The notes under the pieces were generated by a model that had not been told where the DNA came from, did not search any database, and saw only the letters and a list, made by a program, of their open reading frames with translations. From Minisyncoccia bacterium (GTDB lineage Bacteria; Patescibacteriota; Minisyncoccia; Phycocordibacterales; UBA918): DNA of 64,000 bases. The translations under genes and the position numbers were made by a program. Positions within the stretch are counted from its first letter, which is position 1. The number at the start of each line of letters is the position of its first letter. The stretch covers positions 62,602 to 126,601 of the forward strand of contig JBGSPE010000003.1 of assembly GCA_041738755.1 (NCBI GenBank), written 5' to 3'. Positions 57,960 through 64,000 of this stretch are shown in pieces.

Positions 57960-58298
57960 CTATGACGAGATAAACTTGCTACCGATAGTACTCACGATAC
58001 TCATCAATAGTGAACCAAGTAAGGCATACCAGAAGCCATCTACCGCAAAGCCATCAATGAATGACGCAGCAAACATAAAGAGGAGTGCGTTAATCACAAA
58101 AGAAAATAAACCAAGAGTGACGATAGTGATGGGGAGCGTAAGGATGAATAGAATTGGTCGGACAATGGCATTAAGAATACCGAGAATAAGCGCAGCGATA
58201 ATCGCCGGGTATAAGCCAGTGACGGTGATACCAGGGACAAATTCGGCAATCAATAATAATCCCAGGGCACTAAAGAGGATTCGTAGTATAAGTTGCAT
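57960..58298 (-). CDS. 4-TM phage holin family IV (YvlD/DUF360-like) membrane protein
   Basis: NAIVRPIL..LTLP....TLGLF..VINA. Confidence 0.85.
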   Translation of the reverse strand: MQLILRILFSALGLLLIAEFVPGITVTGLYPAIIAALILGILNAIVRPILFILTLPITIVTLGLFSFVINALLFMFAASFIDGFAVDGFWYALLGSLLMSIVSTIGSKFISS

Positions 58299-58331
58299 AT
58301 CAGCTATTGTAGCTGACTTATGTATTCACGC

Positions 58332-58364
58332 AAACAAAAATAACCCCGAAGGGTTATGTTTGTT
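58332..58364 (-). terminator. intrinsic terminator of secA
   Basis: Minus strand ATAACCC-TTCG-GGGTTAT-TTTTGTTT. Confidence 0.6.
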
Positions 58365-58372
58365 GATTTCGA

Positions 58373-60895
58373 CTATTTGGTCACGATGGTCCAACCTGAC
58401 TCTAGGAGTTCTTCAGCCTTTTTGTACTTGAGCTCTCTGGTCTCTTCACCATTGGTGACCATGACGATGTCATTTCGGTTGAAGGTCTCAACTTTCACAA
58501 TTGGTGTACTTTTCTTGCTCTTGCTCTCGGCAGTTGCTCCGGCAGCAGCTTGTGCTGCGATAGCTTCTTCTTTTCGTGCAGCTTCTTCTTTGACAACCAC
58601 TTGTGGTTGGAGGTTCGGGAGGATTTCTGACATTCGGTACAGGGTCGCTGCTTCCATTTCTTTGAAGAGTCTGGTTCCTTCTTTTCGGTATTCAATGAGT
58701 GGGTCTCGTTGACCATAGGCACGCAAGCCCACGCTTGAGCGGGTGTAGCTCATCACCTCAAGGTGCTCTACCCAGAGCATATCAATCATCTGTAGCGCCA
58801 AACGACGGAAGAGATCGAGGAAGACGGTCTCACCGAACTCACTTTTCTTTTGCTCAATGAGCGGTGACACCTGGGCGTAACTCGCTTCAAGTTCTCCGAG
58901 GACTTTGGCGACTTCGCTCTCATCACCCGTCAGGAGCTTTCGCCGTCTGGCATAGATAGTCTGGCGATGTTGGTTTAAGACATCATCGTACGCGAGGATT
59001 TGCTTTCGCGAATCAAAGTGGAAGCCTTCAATTTTGGTCTGAGCACTTTCGAGAGTTCGGGAAATCAGCTTCATTTCAATTGGTTGATCGGCTGGGATAC
59101 CAAAGGTACCCATGAGACTCTGGACGCGCGCGCCACCAAAGACTCGCATCAGTGAGTCGTCCATTGAAACAAAGAACTGCGTTTCTCCTGGGTCACCTTG
59201 TCGTCCAGCTCGTCCGCGCAACTGATTATCGATACGCCTGGCTTCGTGTCGTTCGGTACCAAGGACAAAGAGTCCACCCAAGGCTTTCACAGCATCAGAT
59301 TCTTCCGTGCTGGCTTCCGGTCCACCGAGCTTGATGTCGACTCCTCGACCAGCCATGTTGGTAGCGAGTGTTACCGCACCAACCTTTCCGGCTGCGGCAA
59401 TAATTTCTCCTTCTTGCTCATGATTCTTGGCGTTCAACATCTGGTGTGGGATTGAAGCTTTAGAAAGCGCTACCGCTAGTCGTTCGTTTGATTCAATCGA
59501 AGCTGTACCAATCAAGAGTGGTTGTCCCTTCTGGTGAATTTCTTTTACCTTATTAATGATAGCGGTAAACTTTCCTTCTTCATTTTGATAGATAAGGTCG
59601 TTATGGTCGCGGCGCGCAATGGTTCGGTTCGTTGGTACAGGAATCACCTCAAGGTTGTACACGGTGAAAAACTCTTCTTGTGAGGTAAGGGCGGTACCCG
59701 TCATACCAGAAAGCTTGTCGTAGAGTCGGAAATAGTTTTGGTAGGTAATTGATGCAAAGGTCTTTGACTCCTTTTGAATCTGAACACCCTCCTTGGCTTC
59801 CACGGCTTGATGGAGTCCATCAGACCAACGACGTCCTGGTTGGAGTCGGCCGGTGAATTCATCCACAATCACCACCTCACCGTCGCGTACAACGTACTCT
59901 TTATTATTGGTGAAAATTGCTCGGGCTCGCACAGCGGTCTCTAAGTGGTGTACGTAGCGAATTCCTTTTTCGGTATAAATATTTTCAATACCAAGGTGCT
60001 TTTCAGCTGCTTCGATACCAGCATCAGTCAGTGTAGCGCTCTTAAGCTTCTCATCGATGATGTAGTGCTCCTCAGGCGTTAATTTGGCTGCAATCGTAGC
60101 AAACAGTGGGTAGAGGTTTTCGGTGTCAGCAGCGGGCGCTGAGATGATAAGCGGGGTTCTCGCTTCATCGATAAGAATGGAGTCAATTTCGTCGATAATC
60201 GCGTACGCGTGATGTGGTTGTCGTAACTTATCCGCTTCGTATTCGATATTGTCACGCAAATAATCAAACCCAAACTCACTGTTAGTACCGTAGGTAATAT
60301 CAGCTCGATAGGCTTCGTGTCGTGAACACGGTCGCAAGAAATCATAGACGACTTTGTATGAACCTTTTTCGTCTCGTTCTTCATCAACCTCTTGGTGACC
60401 AGCGTCATAGAGATATGAGGCATTGTGATTGATAACACCAACCGTCAAACCAAGACCAGCATAAATCTGACCCATCCAAACAGCATCTCGTCGAGCCAGG
60501 TAGTCGTTTACCGTAATAACATGCACTCCTTTCCCGGTGAGGGCATTTAGAGTAGCTGGTAGCGTTCCTACCAACGTCTTCCCTTCACCAGTACGCATCT
60601 CGGTAATCTTTCCTCGATGGAGAATAATCCCACCAATCATCTGCACATCGTAGTGTCGCATGGCCATGGTGCGCTTGGCTGACTCACGCACGAGCGCAAA
60701 GACTTCTGGCAAAACACTCTCCAAAGTCGCGCCAGCAGCCACCTTATCTCGATTGGCCTGAAGCTGGGTTTTGAGACCTCCATCACTTAAGGCAGCTATT
60801 TCTGCCTCTTTTTCATTAATAGCCTTAATAATAGGCTTAATTTCTGCTAATTCCTTTTCGTAGGTCGGACCGAAAAATTTATCTAAGAATGACAT
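58373..60895 (-). CDS. secA: preprotein translocase subunit SecA
   Basis: MRTGEGKT, TVNDYLA.RD, FDYLRDN, IDEARTPLIIS, ATNMAGRG.DI, QLRGRAGRQGDPG. Start ATG 60895. Confidence 0.97.
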   Translation of the reverse strand: MSFLDKFFGPTYEKELAEIKPIIKAINEKEAEIAALSDGGLKTQLQANRDKVAAGATLESVLPEVFALVRESAKRTMAMRHYDVQMIGGIILHRGKITEMRTGEGKTLVGTLPATLNALTGKGVHVITVNDYLARRDAVWMGQIYAGLGLTVGVINHNASYLYDAGHQEVDEERDEKGSYKVVYDFLRPCSRHEAYRADITYGTNSEFGFDYLRDNIEYEADKLRQPHHAYAIIDEIDSILIDEARTPLIISAPAADTENLYPLFATIAAKLTPEEHYIIDEKLKSATLTDAGIEAAEKHLGIENIYTEKGIRYVHHLETAVRARAIFTNNKEYVVRDGEVVIVDEFTGRLQPGRRWSDGLHQAVEAKEGVQIQKESKTFASITYQNYFRLYDKLSGMTGTALTSQEEFFTVYNLEVIPVPTNRTIARRDHNDLIYQNEEGKFTAIINKVKEIHQKGQPLLIGTASIESNERLAVALSKASIPHQMLNAKNHEQEGEIIAAAGKVGAVTLATNMAGRGVDIKLGGPEASTEESDAVKALGGLFVLGTERHEARRIDNQLRGRAGRQGDPGETQFFVSMDDSLMRVFGGARVQSLMGTFGIPADQPIEMKLISRTLESAQTKIEGFHFDSRKQILAYDDVLNQHRQTIYARRRKLLTGDESEVAKVLGELEASYAQVSPLIEQKKSEFGETVFLDLFRRLALQMIDMLWVEHLEVMSYTRSSVGLRAYGQRDPLIEYRKEGTRLFKEMEAATLYRMSEILPNLQPQVVVKEEAARKEEAIAAQAAAGATAESKSKKSTPIVKVETFNRNDIVMVTNGEETRELKYKKAEELLESGWTIVTK

Positions 60896-60971
60896 AGTGG
60901 AGCTAGTATATATGTTTGTGGGGCCAATTACAAAGAAAACAGCGCTTTTTACACCGCTTACCACCATACCT

Positions 60972-61019
60972 AGCCAGACTCCTTTATGTATCAGGCATGA
61001 TACATAAAGGAGTCTGGCT
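60972..61019. repeat. perfect 22-bp inverted repeat containing TTTATGTATCA-N4-TGATACATAAA (core also at 798-823)
   Basis: AGCCAGACTCCTTTATGTATCA-GGCA-TGATACATAAAGGAGTCTGGCT. Confidence 0.8.
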
Positions 61020-61033
61020 TCGTACTACATAAA

Positions 61034-61160
61034 CTCTGAAGTTGTCCCCTGCGTAGAATTTGAGGCGACAAGATTTTAATTTAGGAAGTGTACTCAGATG
61101 TACAGTGACTAGATTAAAATCGCAGTCAACAATGAATTCTACCGGGAGCCAGCTTCAGAG
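61034..61160. repeat. structured palindromic element, copy 3
   Basis: CTCTGAAG/CTTCAGAG and GTAGAATT/AATTCTAC outer stems. Internal GAGGC...GAAG-TGTAC-loop-GTACA-GTGA...AACAAT. Confidence 0.7.
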
Positions 61161-61235
61161 ACGCGAAATCGCCCCGAAGGGCGATTTACGCAATAAACTT
61201 GACACGCAGGTGGCGAACCTCCCCCGCATCATGGA

Positions 61236-61421
61236 TTATTTTTTTGAGGTCTTCTTCTTTGCAGCCTTCTTTGCTACCTTCTTGACGGTCTTCTTAGCAG
61301 GAGCTTTTTTAGCTACCTTCTTGACTACCTTCTTAGGTGCCTTCTTTGCTACTTTCTTCACAGTCTTCTTGACTGCCTTCTTTGCAACTTTCTTTGCTGG
61401 CTTCTTTTTTGCTGCTGGCAT
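61236..61421 (-). CDS. histone H1-like Lys/Ala/Val repeat protein
   Basis: 61 aa, MPAAKKKPAKKVAKKAVKKTVKK...; KK-x-x repeats with varied synonymous codons; downstream hairpin 61163-61191. Confidence 0.8.
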   Translation of the reverse strand: MPAAKKKPAKKVAKKAVKKTVKKVAKKAPKKVVKKVAKKAPAKKTVKKVAKKAAKKKTSKK

Positions 61422-61572
61422 GTTTGTTGTGTGGTGAGAAAAGTTATGAATAAGATTCGACCGCAATTTCTTCTCTTTTCAAAGAACTCATTTGAGAAGA
61501 CTTTTGCATTACTATAATTATCACTCTAAAAAAAATTAAAACAATTTTTTATTTTTGTTTTGTGGGGATAAA

Positions 61573-62586
61573 CTAAATTTGTAAAACTTCCCTTTCAATT
61601 TTTATTTTTGTTTTTAAAAAAACTTTTTCGGAAATATTTTTTACAAATGAATTTATTTCCGCTGCGGTTGCGCCACCATGGTTCACCAAGACGAGAGCTT
61701 GTGCTTCATACAGTCCGACATTTCCTTCAGTGTACCCGCGAAGTTTGCAGAGCTTATCAAGTATCCAACCGAGTGATACCTTCATCTTATCGCTTCCTTC
61801 AGGGTAACCTGGTAGTTCAGAATAGTGTTGTTTTAATTCGTTATATTGTTCTATTGGAATGACTGGATTCTTAAAGAATGAACCAGCGGTACCAACCACG
61901 TGCCAGTTGGGAAACTTCGCGGAACGAATCGCGACCACACTCGCACGTACCTGTGCTGGAGTGAGGGTCGGTTCATCAAGGAGTGATTTTAAATCTGCGT
62001 AGGTAAGCTTCGGTGCGTAATTTTTTTTGAGTACAAACGTCACTGACAAAATAATCCACTCACTTCCCTCTACAGTTTTAAAAAACGATTGACGATACAA
62101 AAACGCACATTCTTGATTTGAAAATGTTTTTTTTGTAAATGTTTTTTTATTAAACGCAACAACGTGTGAAATTATGTGTGACACTTCAACTCCGTACGCC
62201 CCAACATTTTGTACTGGTGTCGCTCCGACACTTCCGGGAATCGCACTCAAGTTCTCCAAACCCCACAGTTCTCTCTCAGTTGTATCGGCCACCAACGCAT
62301 CAAACACAACCCCAGCGCCAGCCGTAACCTCCACTATGTCACCGACTTCGTGATACGTGATTCCACCTATTTTCATGAGCGCCACGATGCCGCGAAAGCC
62401 CTCATCAGACACCAGTACATTTGACCCACCACCAAGTACCAAGAGTGGTGTCTCCTGTACGCTTGCATACTGCGCTACGAGTTCTAGCTCTTCTTCTGTT
62501 GTTACCTCCACTACATAATCAGCAACACCACCTACTTGTAAGGTGGTGTACTGACTTAAGCGTATGTTTTCTTTAAGTGGTGGCAT
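61573..62586 (-). CDS. murB: UDP-N-acetylmuramate dehydrogenase
   Basis: TT..VGG.A, LGGGSN.L, GLENLS.IPGSVGA.PVQNVGAYG, AGSFFKNP, QALVLVN.G. Confidence 0.96.
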   Translation of the reverse strand: MPPLKENIRLSQYTTLQVGGVADYVVEVTTEEELELVAQYASVQETPLLVLGGGSNVLVSDEGFRGIVALMKIGGITYHEVGDIVEVTAGAGVVFDALVADTTERELWGLENLSAIPGSVGATPVQNVGAYGVEVSHIISHVVAFNKKTFTKKTFSNQECAFLYRQSFFKTVEGSEWIILSVTFVLKKNYAPKLTYADLKSLLDEPTLTPAQVRASVVAIRSAKFPNWHVVGTAGSFFKNPVIPIEQYNELKQHYSELPGYPEGSDKMKVSLGWILDKLCKLRGYTEGNVGLYEAQALVLVNHGGATAAEINSFVKNISEKVFLKTKIKIEREVLQI

Positions 62587-64000
62587 TATTGGCAGCCCTC
62601 TTGCGGCGCACGGCCGGCTTCGATATTACCAGCGATACAGGTGGCACTACGAGCAAAACTTGGCACCGCAGTTTGACCATCGCGGAGTGTTTGGAGAGCT
62701 TTTTCGTTGTCTCCCTTTTCGTAGTACAAGAAAGCGAGTGTAGCCCAATTCTGAGCATTCTCTGGAGCTACTTCAACGCGGTACTGGAAGAGATCAAGGA
62801 GGAAATCAGTTTGATTTGCTTGATTAGCAGCGCCAAGGAGGAAGTCACTCATGGCAAAGCGCACGCGGGCATCTTCCCCATTATTGAGCGCAATTGCTTC
62901 TTCTGGTCGATTCACATAGAAGAGCGCTCCAGCGTAGTACTCTCTCGCCTCAAGGTTTCGCTCATCAAGTCGGAAGGCTTCTTCCATAAAGTTCACCGCT
63001 GCTTCGTTATCATTTTGACTCAAAGCCACAAAGCCTTGTTGGATGATAATTGACTGTTTATTTGGTGAAAGTGAACGAGCCAGTGCCATTTGTTCAGCCG
63101 CTTTATCGAGCTGATTGATTGAACGGTAATAGGTACCGGCAAAGACATGTACCCTGGCATCACCCGGCTTCTCAGCCATCAAACGATTGAGCTGTGCCTC
63201 AGTCGCTTCAAGGTACGCAGCACGAGTCTCCTCATCGACTTCAGGATTACGAGCGAGACCAATGGTTTGCTGCGCGAGCTGTTCGGTGATTTCTTGATGG
63301 GCAAATGAATTACGGTCGATAGCGGTCAAGAAATGCTCAAGACGAATATCCGGATTTTGTTCCTGAAAACCGTTCAAAATATCTCCGGCAGCTCGCATCC
63401 CTGGTACGTGGGCGAAGTAGATAATCGCCAAGGTTCCCAAGATAACAATCGGCGCCACAAACTGCGTGATAATAACTTCGTCTACCTTTGCCTTCTCCAC
63501 CTTCGCTATCGGCGTGCTCACGCGTGAGTGAATCAGACCAAGAATAATCGCAAAGAAGATATAGCTCACAATGTTATCAAACACCACAAAGTTGTGGGTG
63601 AAGTATCCAGCCAAAAGACCGAGCAAAACCCCTCGCTCAAGTACGGTGAAGGTCTCATCCTTTTTATTCAGAATTGGTCGCAAGAATAAGTAGTACGCAC
63701 AGGCAAGGAAGATACCCAAGTACGCGATAAGTCCCAAGAACCCACCAGCAATCAACCAATCGAAGAAGATATTGTGTGACCGATCAAACCACTGTTCTTG
63801 CGCGTATAGTCGAGGGTCAAAGTTTTCATTAAAAACATAGTTGAAGTTACTCTGACCATACCCAAGGACCGGTCGTTCTTTCACCCCGTCCCAGGCCATA
63901 CCCCAGATGATGCCTCGAATACTCAAGTCATCAATAGAAATATTAGCGATACGGGCGAGGTTTGGATTACTCTGAATAACCGCTGAATCACGAGCAACCA
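62586..64000 (-). CDS. O-antigen ligase-like (Wzy_C) membrane protein with C-terminal TPR-like region (partial, 5' end outside window)
   Basis: R..IW..A......P.LGYG..NF, FDRSHN.FFD.L..GG.LG; helical repeats after the TMs. Confidence 0.85.
   Translation of the reverse strand, partial: VARDSAVIQSNPNLARIANISIDDLSIRGIIWGMAWDGVKERPVLGYGQSNFNYVFNENFDPRLYAQEQWFDRSHNIFFDWLIAGGFLGLIAYLGIFLACAYYLFLRPILNKKDETFTVLERGVLLGLLAGYFTHNFVVFDNIVSYIFFAIILGLIHSRVSTPIAKVEKAKVDEVIITQFVAPIVILGTLAIIYFAHVPGMRAAGDILNGFQEQNPDIRLEHFLTAIDRNSFAHQEITEQLAQQTIGLARNPEVDEETRAAYLEATEAQLNRLMAEKPGDARVHVFAGTYYRSINQLDKAAEQMALARSLSPNKQSIIIQQGFVALSQNDNEAAVNFMEEAFRLDERNLEAREYYAGALFYVNRPEEAIALNNGEDARVRFAMSDFLLGAANQANQTDFLLDLFQYRVEVAPENAQNWATLAFLYYEKGDNEKALQTLRDGQTAVPSFARSATCIAGNIEAGRAPQEGCQ

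Noticed and set aside
45743-58298. Prophage (tail-fibre-like gene, excisionase-like HTHs, holin)
   Set aside because: There is no integrase, terminase, capsid or portal gene; the fibre has a Sec signal peptide; and the holin IV family protein sits among housekeeping genes.
61563-61571. DnaA-box-like TTATCCCCA suggesting oriC
   Set aside because: It is a single imperfect box with no cluster and no dnaA or dnaN nearby.
1-64000. Alternative genetic code (UGA=Gly) as in Gracilibacteria/Absconditabacteria
   Set aside because: Conserved genes are full length under code 11, and TGA serves as a stop (19796, 34354, 53671).

Overview
This is a 64-kb chromosomal window from a small-genome bacterium, most consistent with Patescibacteria/CPR (Parcubacteria-like), genetic code 11. 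The taxonomy is inferred from trimmed translation proteins, scarce Shine-Dalgarno sites, and the surface-protein repertoire. Housekeeping genes: dnaE 3' end, thrS, gyrB, pheS/pheT, tRNA-Thr(UGU), tsf, rpsB, prfA, rpmE, a pentose-phosphate/gap block, gatB, obgE, secA, murB. There are two accessory surface loci. (i) 2.9-15 kb: a sortase next to a protein with an internal VPYTG signal and a large cytoplasmic tail, plus a paralogous pair in which the 1793-aa member looks like a two-part polyprotein. (ii) 34.3-55.4 kb: a 21-kb co-oriented cluster with two membrane-anchored HTH proteins, a 2643-aa phage-fibre-like protein with a Peptidase_G2-like chaperone, a 2383-aa protein with four 7-bladed propellers, and a four-gene WxL-like module whose shared N-terminal motif suggests a donor-strand pilus. 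Non-coding highlights: a compact T-box riboswitch before thrS; a 280-bp GIY-YIG cassette bounded by perfect 14-bp inverted repeats between pheS and pheT; three ~120-nt palindromic elements that share internal-loop motifs but not stem sequences; and an HNH gene flanked by tRNA-Thr fragments. All family calls come from motif recognition by eye; no searches were run.
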